This document shows, piece after piece, positions 16,136 through 25,901 of a stretch of 45,901 nucleotides of DNA. The stretch comes from a virus (taxonomy: Duplodnaviria > Caudoviricetes), in IMG/VR virus record IMGVR_UViG_3300033420_000010, positions 1 to 45,901 of that record. One strand, 5' to 3'. Each line of letters starts with the position of its first letter. Within the stretch, counting starts at the first letter, position 1. Under the pieces are notes generated by a model. That model made no database searches and was not told the DNA's origin. It saw nothing but the letters and a program-made list of their open reading frames with translations. A program made the position numbers and the translations under genes.

Positions 16136-19100
16136 TTAGTATTTGATGTAGCTGTAGGAGTTTGAGTAGAGGGCGTCATCTACTGTGGTGTCAGGCAGAT
16201 CAAACACATTACTTGGAGTTGGTGTGTATGAGCCATCATAGTAGGGTGAGTAGTCATTTAGACCACCAGTGATAGGTGCGTTATAGGTCACAGAGGAGTA
16301 GGCGTTACTGATAACACCACCTAATAGATGAACCTTGTTAGCGGTTACTATAGCTTGTGAGTCATAGATGGTTGCAGGTAGCGATGACTGTGTAGTCCAA
16401 GCACCAAGAGTACCATCGGCGTTAATAGGAGCCGTGTAGACAGCAGAAGATGCCACACCACCCACCTTACCACCAAAGAGATACACTCTCTTCTTAGAGA
16501 CCATCACTTGAGCGTTAGAGATAGCCACAGGAAGAGATGCAGCAGCAGACCATGCACCCAGTGTACCATCAGTGTTAATAAAAGCAGTATGTACAGCAGC
16601 TGAAGGGTTACCACTGATGATACCACCAGCTACATAGACACGGTTACTTGTCACCACCAGAGCAGCAGCAGAAGTAGCCACAGGAAGTGATGTAGCAGTA
16701 GACCAAGCAGCCAGAGTACCATCACTGTTAACAGTAGCAGCATACACCGCTGAGGTATCAACTCCACCTAAAGTGTAGAGCTTGTTAGTAGTAAGAACAG
16801 CTTGCTCTTGAGCTATAGCACTAGGCAAGTCGCCTACGATGTTAGCGATGCCACCATCGATGTTAAAGTTCAGTGAACATGAACCACCAGAGGCCACTGA
16901 GTAAGTAGCGTTAACACTGCTGGTACCAGGCAATGCTGCTGTCTGTGTAGACTGAGCAGCCTCTCCACCGTAGCCACCAGCAAAGGTATAAGTCTGACCA
17001 TTCATAGTAAGAGTGGTTGCAGCACCTGTGGTATAAGTGTTATAAGCAGCCACGTAAGCCTGACCAGCGTTATACACAGGTAGACCGCTAGGGTAACTTG
17101 CGTTACCAGTAGGAGCTATATAAGGCTTGCCAGCGTTATAAACAGGTAATCCACTAGGATAGCTTGCATTACCTTGTTGAGGTATATTTATAGCTGCAAC
17201 ATTGTAGCTAGCAGTAACTGCTGATGAATTAACGTATGTAGGACTAACCTTAGTAGTTAAAGTAATATACTTTGTTGTCGTTGTGGCTGGACCATTAACA
17301 CCACCAGGGAAAGTATATGTAGTTCCAAGCATCGTAAGTGTGGAATTTGCACCAGTTTTTTCTATAGTTGGTACGTTAAAAACTCCCCAATTAAAAACAT
17401 AAACTCCAGTATTATTAGTTAATAAAAACACTGAGGCGGCCATAGACGTAGCCTTTAAATTACTAACTGGTAAATCAGAAACACCCTGATAACCATACTC
17501 AAGTGTCCATATGTGTTTTTTATTATAGGTGTATGCTATCCAAGACGTAACAGTAGCATGACTAGAAGATAAACCAATGTAAACATTTCCGGCTGGGTAA
17601 GTGTATATTAAATCACCTTGATCATTATAAAGTTTACCATCAGAGGTTAATCTGTAATGACCAGAACCATTAGGACCAGGAGTGACCGCCACATAGTTAC
17701 TATTAGCTATTTTAGGCATATATACACTATAGGTACCATATAAATAAATGTTGCCTGTATTAGTTAATGCCGCTGGGGAACCACCCGACGATCCTATTTG
17801 TACATAAGTATGCCCGGCTGGAAAATTAAAAGCAAAATTACCATCACTGCCATAAACTTTACCATTAGAAGCTAAAAAACTACCAGTTGTTGCTGACACA
17901 ATACTAACAGGAGCAACACCGTCTTCTCCTTTCATACTTACAGTTAATGTTGTAGCTCTACCACTTGGATTTAAGTTAGATAAAGTACCTGATCCTGTAT
18001 TTATACTTCCTGATACAGCTGCGTAATAAACACCTTCCACATAGACCGGCAGTCCACTAGGATAGCTTGCGTTACCAGTAGGAGCTATATAAGCTTGACC
18101 TGCGTTATACACTGGCAGTCCACTAGGATAGCTTGCGTTACCAGTAGGAGCTACATAAGGAACTTCTGGATGGTAGGTTGTTGTACCAGTGCCACCTTTA
18201 CCAGTGATAGCTACACTGATAACACCAGAAGGTATCGTCATGGTACCACTACCACTTAAGGCACTAGTTTGCAACTGTTTGGTGTTAGCCCATGCACCTA
18301 GTGTGCCATCAGAGTTAACAGCGGCTGTAAGCACGGATGCTAGCTTAACACCAGAGGCGTCATAGCCACCCAATAGAAATACACGGTTCTTGGTCACAAC
18401 AGCACGACTACCAGAGACAGCTAATGGCAGCGCACTAGACGTACTCCATGCACCTAAAGTACTATCTGAGTTAATAGGCGCTGTATACACAGCAGAGGAT
18501 GTGGCTCCAGCAGCAGTTTTACCACCGATTAAATACACACGGTTCTTAGTCACAACAGCGTGTGAGCTTGCCAGTGTCACTGGTAGAGCCACACCTGTCC
18601 CCCATCCCACAATATCAGCACTTTGAGTCTGATTGATGTAATACTGTTCTTGCCAAGGTGTGCCGTTATTAGGACTTAAGTAATCCGTGAAGGTGTCACT
18701 GAGCACACTGTAAAGAGCCATGTAAGTAGACTTACTGACAGTGGCACCATTACACTTTAGAAAACCAGCTGGAGTGGCACTATAAGGTTTACGGATGATG
18801 TCACCTACCACAAGACCAGTGGTAGCTCCAACAGCCATATCCACGTAACTCTTAGTAGCTATATGCATAGGCTCATAAGGGTTAGCGTTCACCGTTAAGA
18901 AACCACTCATTACACCACCACTAACAGCAACAGCATCACCCACCCCATAACCACTCAAAGTTGTAGGTTTACCACTACTGATCTTACTCCAATCTAGAGA
19001 TGGAATATCATCTCCTAACAAAGAAGCTGAGCCAGTTACACGACCTTTTTCATTGACATTTATTTTACTATAAGTTCCAGCACCAATACCTGTATTATTT

Positions 19101-19351
19101 AAATACAACTCACCGCTTTGAGCAACATTACTGACATCACCAGTAAATACTGGCAATCTTCCAACAGGAATCATACCTGAAACTAAATTGTTCGCATCAA
19201 TATGGTTAACAGAATCATCTATGTATTGTTTAGTAGAAGCTTCTAGTGGATTAACTGGATTGTTTGCTAAAATCAAAGACCCTATTACCAAACCAGAGGT
19301 TAAATCAAAACCATCCGTAATATCAGGATACCTATTAACATTAATTCTCAT
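16136..19351 (-). CDS. Tail fibre/receptor-binding protein with split tail-collar domain and Kelch-like repeats
   Basis: Fibre N-terminus; collar motif GD......TPAGFLKCNG..VSK.TY..LY and C-terminal F.LPD...YIKY; six KNRVY..GG......VY.A.IN.DG.LG.W repeats. Confidence 0.8.
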   Translation of the reverse strand: MRINVNRYPDITDGFDLTSGLVIGSLILANNPVNPLEASTKQYIDDSVNHIDANNLVSGMIPVGRLPVFTGDVSNVAQSGELYLNNTGIGAGTYSKINVNEKGRVTGSASLLGDDIPSLDWSKISSGKPTTLSGYGVGDAVAVSGGVMSGFLTVNANPYEPMHIATKSYVDMAVGATTGLVVGDIIRKPYSATPAGFLKCNGATVSKSTYMALYSVLSDTFTDYLSPNNGTPWQEQYYINQTQSADIVGWGTGVALPVTLASSHAVVTKNRVYLIGGKTAAGATSSAVYTAPINSDSTLGAWSTSSALPLAVSGSRAVVTKNRVFLLGGYDASGVKLASVLTAAVNSDGTLGAWANTKQLQTSALSGSGTMTIPSGVISVAITGKGGTGTTTYHPEVPYVAPTGNASYPSGLPVYNAGQAYIAPTGNASYPSGLPVYVEGVYYAAVSGSINTGSGTLSNLNPSGRATTLTVSMKGEDGVAPVSIVSATTGSFLASNGKVYGSDGNFAFNFPAGHTYVQIGSSGGSPAALTNTGNIYLYGTYSVYMPKIANSNYVAVTPGPNGSGHYRLTSDGKLYNDQGDLIYTYPAGNVYIGLSSSHATVTSWIAYTYNKKHIWTLEYGYQGVSDLPVSNLKATSMAASVFLLTNNTGVYVFNWGVFNVPTIEKTGANSTLTMLGTTYTFPGGVNGPATTTTKYITLTTKVSPTYVNSSAVTASYNVAAINIPQQGNASYPSGLPVYNAGKPYIAPTGNASYPSGLPVYNAGQAYVAAYNTYTTGAATTLTMNGQTYTFAGGYGGEAAQSTQTAALPGTSSVNATYSVASGGSCSLNFNIDGGIANIVGDLPSAIAQEQAVLTTNKLYTLGGVDTSAVYAATVNSDGTLAAWSTATSLPVATSAAALVVTSNRVYVAGGIISGNPSAAVHTAFINTDGTLGAWSAAASLPVAISNAQVMVSKKRVYLFGGKVGGVASSAVYTAPINADGTLGAWTTQSSLPATIYDSQAIVTANKVHLLGGVISNAYSSVTYNAPITGGLNDYSPYYDGSYTPTPSNVFDLPDTTVDDALYSNSYSYIKY

Positions 19352-19402
19352 ACTAAACTCCTTAGATAAAAGTTAAAAACCGAAAAGCTATCAAAGGATA
19401 AA
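19348..19402 (-). repeat. 55-bp leader/RBS repeat, copy A (inverted relative to 44443-44497)
   Basis: Reverse complement is identical to 44443-44497. Confidence 0.95.
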
Positions 19403-19429
19403 TGTTTTGCTACATAAAAGGAAATTATT

Positions 19430-20095
19430 ATGCCTAACAGAAAAGCAGCAGAAGCGTTCATACTACAATTTTTTAAAGATTTAGAAACTACAGGATATAA
19501 CGAATCGCAATGGAAAACTATATTTTCTAATATGTCGGATTCTGATTTTCATAAGTATATGACTAAGATAAGAGATGGTGAGCAGTTTATAGTTTGTTTT
19601 AAACCGATCTATAAAGCCACCGGTATATCGGTAGAGAATAATCTTAAAATAGCAACTAAGTATGGACTAGATTTCTTTCAAAAGTTAGTATTCACTAATG
19701 ATGCTAATATGCCAGATTATAAAACCCCAATCAAATACTTAATTGTAGATCTCCCCTATAGAAGACAATCTCAAAACTTAGTTAAGAAGATTAATATACC
19801 TGAGAATAATAAGGTTATTGATGAACTCACATATCAACCTACTGGTCCTAGTAAAGGTGCTAAAATAAGTTTTCCTGAACTTCAAGTTTTAATAGGTATG
19901 GGGTTAGAGAACACTATCTCTGAATTGATTCAGTTTAGAGGTGGAGACAGAGGTGGTTTTAATGCTTATAATTCTATGTTTCTTAGATACGGCAGTGCTA
20001 ACCTTAAAACACTTAACCAATACTCAACTGGAACAGAGTCTACTAAAACTCTAAAGAAATTCCTAGTAGGTATGCATATCAATACAACTTTATGA
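19430..20095 (+). CDS. rpoB: Split phage RNA polymerase, beta C-terminal piece (phiKZ gp149-like)
   Basis: ELTYQPTGPSKGAKISFPELQVL parallels bacterial beta [26 protein letters not shown]; followed by EL...RGGD. Confidence 0.7.
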   Translation: MPNRKAAEAFILQFFKDLETTGYNESQWKTIFSNMSDSDFHKYMTKIRDGEQFIVCFKPIYKATGISVENNLKIATKYGLDFFQKLVFTNDANMPDYKTPIKYLIVDLPYRRQSQNLVKKINIPENNKVIDELTYQPTGPSKGAKISFPELQVLIGMGLENTISELIQFRGGDRGGFNAYNSMFLRYGSANLKTLNQYSTGTESTKTLKKFLVGMHINTTL

Positions 20096-20886
20096 ACACT
20101 GACACCGCTCGAATTTACGTAGATATAGATTCTCTTTTAGATATAAGACAAGCTGTTTTAACACACCTTGTTACTCAGAATAAATTAGCAGAATTTCTTA
20201 ACACTGATGACTATAACTTCAGAGAAATAGATAAATTTTCTATTATAAATATGATTGAGTATTATAAAATAGACAATCAAAGAGACTCTGATCTTATCTC
20301 TAGGTCTACTATAACATACATATTAAACGTTCTTAAGTCAAAGATAAGTAACCTTGAAAAAAGAAATAACTTCTATGGTGAGACTAAGAAACCAGAAATT
20401 CTTCTCAACATTTATCCATTTATATTATCTACTCAAGAGCAAGAAGACATTCAAAATGCTTTATTTATTAAACTAGAATCTAATTGTATCATTAATATCA
20501 TTAACAAATCTATAGAAGAAATATCACCTTTTTTTATAAGGAGTAATGGTATTATATCTGCTTTCATTTATAATTTCAGTAAGTGGGGAAATTCTCACAC
20601 TGATTCTTTATCACAAGCACCACTTAAAGACACTTTATTATATTTCCCTTCTGTTTACTACGACACAAGAAAGAAAGACCAGTTAAACATCATCAGTAAG
20701 TTAGGTTTTAAAGATATATTTTCTTATTTAGAATACTTGTATTCTGCGGTAGCAAGTATTAACTTCCTTCCAACTGTATTTTATAGTAACATAGTTACAG
20801 CAAGTGCTATACTTGAAAAGTATAATAGAGAGTTAGTTAAGACACCCTTAGGAGAAGAAAATGGCAATATCAGCACAGAGGTTTAA
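20092..20886 (+). CDS. Conserved phiKZ-like hypothetical protein (HAD-like DxD start)
   Basis: IYVDIDSLLDIR motif; ATGA overlap with the upstream gene. Confidence 0.6.
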   Translation: MNTDTARIYVDIDSLLDIRQAVLTHLVTQNKLAEFLNTDDYNFREIDKFSIINMIEYYKIDNQRDSDLISRSTITYILNVLKSKISNLEKRNNFYGETKKPEILLNIYPFILSTQEQEDIQNALFIKLESNCIINIINKSIEEISPFFIRSNGIISAFIYNFSKWGNSHTDSLSQAPLKDTLLYFPSVYYDTRKKDQLNIISKLGFKDIFSYLEYLYSAVASINFLPTVFYSNIVTASAILEKYNRELVKTPLGEENGNISTEV

Positions 20887-22117
20887 TTATCTTGATAGGG
20901 AGACTAATGTAGGTGTAAGAGAGTTTAACAATTTAACAGACAACGTTGTTTATACAGCTGGACAAGATTTAGTAGAATCAGCTCTAGCTTTAGCTAAAGA
21001 TACTGAAGGTTTGCTAAATACGCTCGAAGGAAAAATGTCTGACATAGAATCTATGATTAACAGCACTTTAGAAGACGCAGGTAGTTTACTAAAAGACGCT
21101 CTTAATATAGCTATGGACGCTATTTCAAAAATAGAAATGCCTTCCTTTGTTAAAAAGATATTTAATTCTCTTAAATCTTTAGACTTAAGTGGTGTTAAAT
21201 CTTTTTTTAAAGAAGCTCTTCAACTAGGTAGTTCATTTCTTTGTCATAATTTAGATTTCTTAAAGAACTTTCTTTTAGGATTTTCTATTGACAAAAACAT
21301 ATTAAGTGGTTTAATTATTGGTCTATCTCTATCATGGATGGATAAATTCTGTAAAGAAGCCACTCAACAAGAATCTAGTAAAGCTAGTAATCGTGAAAAA
21401 ATAGACATGCAGTTTCCTCAGACTGGTGTTAATGTCACCTCTGATAATGCTTATGATCTTTATACAACCTATAAATCAGACTTTGTTAAATATAGTACTG
21501 GCCTAAGTCTTTCTTTACCACAAACTAGTGAAGACTTCTTATCTAGTGTAAAAAGTGGAAACGTGGATTATTCTATAACTAACTTACAAAATTCTGAAAT
21601 AGATGACGTCACAAGAGATAGCTATTTAGAAGATATAGATACAAGTTTAGAATACACTGATCCTGGATCTTATGAGTTTAATAATTTATTAGAAGCTAAA
21701 GGAAAACTATCAACTCTTGCTACAGTTAATCTAGATAGAAGAGAAAACAATCTTCAATATGAACATCTTAAAGATAAACTTGGGTCTTTTAGTAAAAATC
21801 TAATTAATGTAGATATTAAACCTTTGTCTATTTATACTGCTAATAAAGCTAATTTTTCTCAAGTGCAGGAAGATTTGTATTCTCAACTTACTGTTTTAAA
21901 AAATAATGCTACTAACTCAGAAGAACTTAACATAGCTTCACATGAAACTGGGTCTTTTGATAGGATAGACTTTAGTACAATATTACCTAGCTCTTCTAAC
22001 GAAGAGGTAACTTATTTAGAAGGGTTACCTAATACCTCTGATAGTCACAGACTATATGACGCTCACCCGACCACTGAAATGTTTATGGAAGATCAAGAAA
22101 ATGTCCAGTACGCTTAA
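20861..22117 (+). CDS. Hypothetical protein
   Basis: 418-aa ORF with AGGAG RBS. Confidence 0.7.
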   Translation: MAISAQRFNYLDRETNVGVREFNNLTDNVVYTAGQDLVESALALAKDTEGLLNTLEGKMSDIESMINSTLEDAGSLLKDALNIAMDAISKIEMPSFVKKIFNSLKSLDLSGVKSFFKEALQLGSSFLCHNLDFLKNFLLGFSIDKNILSGLIIGLSLSWMDKFCKEATQQESSKASNREKIDMQFPQTGVNVTSDNAYDLYTTYKSDFVKYSTGLSLSLPQTSEDFLSSVKSGNVDYSITNLQNSEIDDVTRDSYLEDIDTSLEYTDPGSYEFNNLLEAKGKLSTLATVNLDRRENNLQYEHLKDKLGSFSKNLINVDIKPLSIYTANKANFSQVQEDLYSQLTVLKNNATNSEELNIASHETGSFDRIDFSTILPSSSNEEVTYLEGLPNTSDSHRLYDAHPTTEMFMEDQENVQYA

Positions 22118-22349
22118 AGATTATATTTCTAAATTACCATTAACTACTATCAGCAAAGTAAGACTATATCCAAATAAGGTTAGTTTTCCTGTAGTTATTA
22201 ACTCTAAGAAGTTTTATGAAGATTTCGCTGACAAAATTAACTCTGATGAATTTACAAATGAGAAAGCTTTATATGTTGCTAGTAAGTATGAGATTAAAAA
22301 ATACTTAAACTCTATAGATCTCCTAAATTCAAGACTTCGATATACATAA
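22101..22349 (+). CDS. Hypothetical protein
   Basis: Probable start MSSTLK at 22101 (ORF track 22056); ends at a hairpin. Confidence 0.5.
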   Translation: MSSTLKDYISKLPLTTISKVRLYPNKVSFPVVINSKKFYEDFADKINSDEFTNEKALYVASKYEIKKYLNSIDLLNSRLRYT

Positions 22350-22353
22350 GTGT

Positions 22354-22389
22354 ATCCACACAGCAAGACCAAAATCTTGCTGTGTGGAT
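22354..22389. terminator. Bidirectional hairpin terminator
   Basis: atccacacagcaaga/tcttgctgtgtggat between convergent genes. Confidence 0.75.
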
Positions 22390-22390
22390 T

Positions 22391-22777
22391 TTAAAGGGCA
22401 TTAGCCATTGGGTTAAAGTTATCACATTTAGAAATAAGTTCACCATCACTTACCGGTATGTTAGTAGTTTTAAAAATTGGTGTTTCTCTTTGAGTTGTTG
22501 TAGTAACAACGGTTGAACCCATATGTAAGTTAAGTAAAAGTTCTTTAAGAACTTCTTTAGTTGCTTCGTTATTTTTAGCGTTAACGTCTTCTATATGTAT
22601 TTTAGCTTTACTAAAAATGCTTCTATCAACACTTTCTAGAAGATTAGTTAAAGCAAGAACATCTTTATCTCTAGTTGGTAGATCTCTGTTTGTAACTAGA
22701 CTATCTATTAATCTCTCTCTTAAACTTATAGTCTTATCTAATAACCTAACGTCATTGTCTGTAAATGTGGAAGCCAT
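22391..22777 (-). CDS. Hypothetical phiKZ-like protein
   Basis: AAGGAG RBS before MASTF at 22777 (ORF track 22801). Confidence 0.65.
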   Translation of the reverse strand: MASTFTDNDVRLLDKTISLRERLIDSLVTNRDLPTRDKDVLALTNLLESVDRSIFSKAKIHIEDVNAKNNEATKEVLKELLLNLHMGSTVVTTTTQRETPIFKTTNIPVSDGELISKCDNFNPMANAL

Positions 22778-22811
22778 TTTAATCTCCTTGTGAACAAGCA
22801 CTCACACAATT

Positions 22812-22843
22812 ACTCCCTAGAGCTCTGGTGAGCTCTAGGGAGT
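22812..22843 (-). terminator. Hairpin terminator
   Basis: actccctagagctc/gagctctagggagt. Confidence 0.65.
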
Positions 22844-22848
22844 GTGTA

Positions 22849-23493
22849 TCAACTAAGGACTATTCCTAGTTCTTGTAGTCTAGAACTCATACTGTTATAC
22901 TTGATATTTAACTCTTCTAACTGTGTAGCTAATGTTTTAAAAACAGTAACCATATTACCTCTAACAGTTTCACGTGTATCGTGTTCTTGTTGAGTTACAA
23001 GTTCAATATTACCAATACCAACTTCTTTAATCACTGGTGTAATTCCAGTTCTAGATGTAATAAAATCACTTAAGTCATCAAAATAAGAAGTCAGATCTAA
23101 CTCCATCGGTAACATATTTAAGTCAATCAGAACTAGTTTATTTATATACTCTTTAGAAGTTATACTGGAAACTGATGCTATATAGTTTAGAGGAACTCTA
23201 GCAAATCTCTCAACGCCAGAGTTATCTATAAAAGAAAAAGAAACAATAGGTACATTATCCTTTAGATCTATTTTATAGTCTACTTCACTAATAGCTGCTT
23301 TAGCATAAAGAGAAGTAAAGGGATCTTTAAGATCATTTCTGATCATATCCCTCATAGAGATAATACTAATAACTCTAAGTTTAATAGTTAAAGAATCTAG
23401 ATTATAAGCATTCTTTAGGTAAGTGTTTATTGGTTCCTTGAAAGTGAAGTAAGCGGTCATTCCAACTGACGGCACTGATATAGTAATTTGCAT
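22849..23493 (-). CDS. Putative virion protein, phiKZ-like
   Basis: 214-aa ORF with C-terminal coiled coil; co-oriented with 24480-25799. Confidence 0.6.
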   Translation of the reverse strand: MQITISVPSVGMTAYFTFKEPINTYLKNAYNLDSLTIKLRVISIISMRDMIRNDLKDPFTSLYAKAAISEVDYKIDLKDNVPIVSFSFIDNSGVERFARVPLNYIASVSSITSKEYINKLVLIDLNMLPMELDLTSYFDDLSDFITSRTGITPVIKEVGIGNIELVTQQEHDTRETVRGNMVTVFKTLATQLEELNIKYNSMSSRLQELGIVLS

Positions 23494-24420
23494 TTATTTT
23501 TCCTTTAAAATGTTAAAAAGTATTTTTTCGATTGTATTATCATTCATTTGCTTATAATTAAATTCAACTAATTTTATTTTAAGTTCTTTAGCTAATTCTC
23601 TTTTAAACATATCTCTTTCCCTCTGTACTGATAAACTATCATCACCACCAAAAAACTTTATAGATTCATAATGTTGTCTACCATGAAACTCTATCAGCAA
23701 GTTGTAATCTGGTAAGTAAAAATCATACCTAAATTTATAAATTTGATCTGGTATAGTGTATTCTCTTTTATAAATGATATTAAATTTATCTAATATGGAT
23801 GTTATATATTTTTCACCTTTAGAGTCACTACACCTAGCGCAACCGTGATTATACATATGATCATTAGCCGTTTGCCAAAATTCACCATGTATAGGACAAA
23901 TAATACAGACTTTAGTTTGTGAATTTACATATACTGATTTACTGTAATCATATTTGTCACCATGTATAGCTTTAGCTCTAGATATAAATTTTTCTGTATT
24001 TAATAGTCTATAAAACCTTTGCTTTTCGTTTCTACATTTAACACAACCTTGACCATTTAAATGGTTAGATGCGGTCTGTTCAAACTCACCATGGATAGGG
24101 CATATAATAATAACTTTATTAAGGGCTCCAGTGTATACCACTTTACTGTAGTCGTACCTGTTTCCATGAACTTTTCTTGCTTTTTCTATAAAAATATTTA
24201 AGTTATGTTTAAATAAAATACTTAATTTTTCATAAATACACACCTTACAACCTTGACCATTTAAATGATGATTAGGTTTTTGTTCAAACTCACCATGGAT
24301 AGGACAGATGATAATGACTTTAGTAGCGTTGTTAATATACACCACTTTACTGTAATCATATCTATCGCCATGTATAGCTCTAGCTTTTTTTATGAACTCT
24401 TCTTTGGTTAGTAATTTCAT
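23494..24420 (-). CDS. Homing-endonuclease-like protein: three zinc-ribbon repeats plus a PD-(D/E)XK/Vsr-like nuclease
   Basis: Three CPIHGEF.Q....H....C..C repeats; SKGE...RYDFYLPDYNLLIEFHGRQHY; paralog of 2023-3360. Confidence 0.8.
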   Translation of the reverse strand: MKLLTKEEFIKKARAIHGDRYDYSKVVYINNATKVIIICPIHGEFEQKPNHHLNGQGCKVCIYEKLSILFKHNLNIFIEKARKVHGNRYDYSKVVYTGALNKVIIICPIHGEFEQTASNHLNGQGCVKCRNEKQRFYRLLNTEKFISRAKAIHGDKYDYSKSVYVNSQTKVCIICPIHGEFWQTANDHMYNHGCARCSDSKGEKYITSILDKFNIIYKREYTIPDQIYKFRYDFYLPDYNLLIEFHGRQHYESIKFFGGDDSLSVQRERDMFKRELAKELKIKLVEFNYKQMNDNTIEKILFNILKEK

Positions 24421-24436
24421 TTTTATTATTTAGATT

Positions 24437-24469
24437 AATACTAGGAGCAGGTACTGTAATAGTTGGCAT
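24437..24469 (-). pseudogene. Vestigial 5' end of the 22849-23493 gene
   Basis: Same AAGGAAAAATAAATGC start as 23490-23505; reads MPTITVPAPSI versus MQITISVPSV. Confidence 0.55.
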
Positions 24470-24479
24470 TTATTTTTCC

Positions 24480-25799
24480 TTAAACTAATTTGTAGTACTC
24501 GTATTTAGGTAATAGGTAGTACTGATGTTGATTAGAAAATATAGACAGATAAGTTACACCGTTTCTCTCTATAACATTAAAGATATAGCTTTGATTTTGC
24601 ATAAGTTTATTGAAAAGTTCAGAAGAACTGTCACTGTTACATATCTGAATCATATTATCAATAAGCGTAATAAAATTCTGAGACCTTGTAGACATCCTAG
24701 CAAAATCAGGATGAATAGATGTCACAGTAATCATATCTCCGTAATAGTTTTTAAAGTCTTTAAGTTCTGGCTCAGTATAATAACCGTTAACAATATACAG
24801 CAATATATTGTTATAATCATAAGGTACAGAATAAGTATTTTCAACTAAATAGTTATTTTTATCAAATACAGGAATAAACTTATTAATGTTAAAAGGTTCA
24901 CTGTAAGCTAACTGAATTTGACTGTTAATGCTACTTTGTCCTACCTGTGAAGGTATTGCGATCTTACTCCACTGCGGGACAATAAAGAACTCATTGATGT
25001 TAAGTATAGTTGGAAATAACAATTCAATAGTTGGACCATCTAAACCAAGAGTATATACAAGATAGTTATATAGTTCTAATTTTAAAACATAATCATAATT
25101 GCCTTGTTTACCATAAATGTTAAAAGCAAAGTAACAGTTTTTCCTGATAGTTGTGTTAGGTACTCTATAAGGAATATTTAAAACCTTAGTGAAAGTTGTT
25201 GGGTACTGATTTTTATTTAGCTCTATGCTGTTATTAAAATCCACAAAACTAAAATTATCAAGAGCACTAATGAAAGAAGAAGGGTTATTAACAATACTAG
25301 TAAAATTACTAAACGGAAGAACTATGCTTATTTCATAGTGAGGGTAAAATGTTTTAAAATTACCATCAGACATCCATAAACTAACTATAACATCTCTAAC
25401 AATAAATGTAATAAAGTCATATCCTCTAACACTGTTATAATCAATCGTTGAGTTATAATTTAAATTAGTTACAGGAGAATCTGGGTTAGCTAGATTAAAC
25501 TCATTAATAAAGCTAATTATAAGTTGTTGCTTTATCGTAACTAGTGTAGAAGATAAAAAGGAAGAGAAATGGGTAGCTACTTTAATAACACTATCAACTT
25601 CTGGTTGTGTTAAAGAAGTTGAGTTAATTAGCTTGTAAACATATAAAGAATATTTACTATCATCAGTATAATAATACTGCTGTTTACTTTTACTATACGT
25701 GAGTGATATGTCTGACAACTCGTATAAAGGTGAAACAACACCTGTGTCGTTATTTACAAAATCATCTCTTGTGATAAATGCCTTAATCTCTTTTGCCAT
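24480..25799 (-). CDS. Putative virion structural protein, phiKZ-like
   Basis: 439 aa; N-terminal F.NN..G.VSP..ELS..S.TYS motif recalled from phiKZ-like virion proteins. Confidence 0.6.
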   Translation of the reverse strand: MAKEIKAFITRDDFVNNDTGVVSPLYELSDISLTYSKSKQQYYYTDDSKYSLYVYKLINSTSLTQPEVDSVIKVATHFSSFLSSTLVTIKQQLIISFINEFNLANPDSPVTNLNYNSTIDYNSVRGYDFITFIVRDVIVSLWMSDGNFKTFYPHYEISIVLPFSNFTSIVNNPSSFISALDNFSFVDFNNSIELNKNQYPTTFTKVLNIPYRVPNTTIRKNCYFAFNIYGKQGNYDYVLKLELYNYLVYTLGLDGPTIELLFPTILNINEFFIVPQWSKIAIPSQVGQSSINSQIQLAYSEPFNINKFIPVFDKNNYLVENTYSVPYDYNNILLYIVNGYYTEPELKDFKNYYGDMITVTSIHPDFARMSTRSQNFITLIDNMIQICNSDSSSELFNKLMQNQSYIFNVIERNGVTYLSIFSNQHQYYLLPKYEYYKLV

Positions 25800-25847
25800 A
25801 ATAACCTCTTTAGTTTAAAACCGTCTATTCAAAAAATCTAACCAAAA

Positions 25848-25893
25848 AAGAAAAACAACTCCAAAGGGTTTAATCCTTGGAGTTGTTTTTCTT
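25848..25893 (-). terminator. Hairpin terminator
   Basis: aagaaaaacaactccaa/ttggagttgtttttctt with T-rich tails. Confidence 0.75.
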
Positions 25894-25901
25894 ATTATTT
25901 T

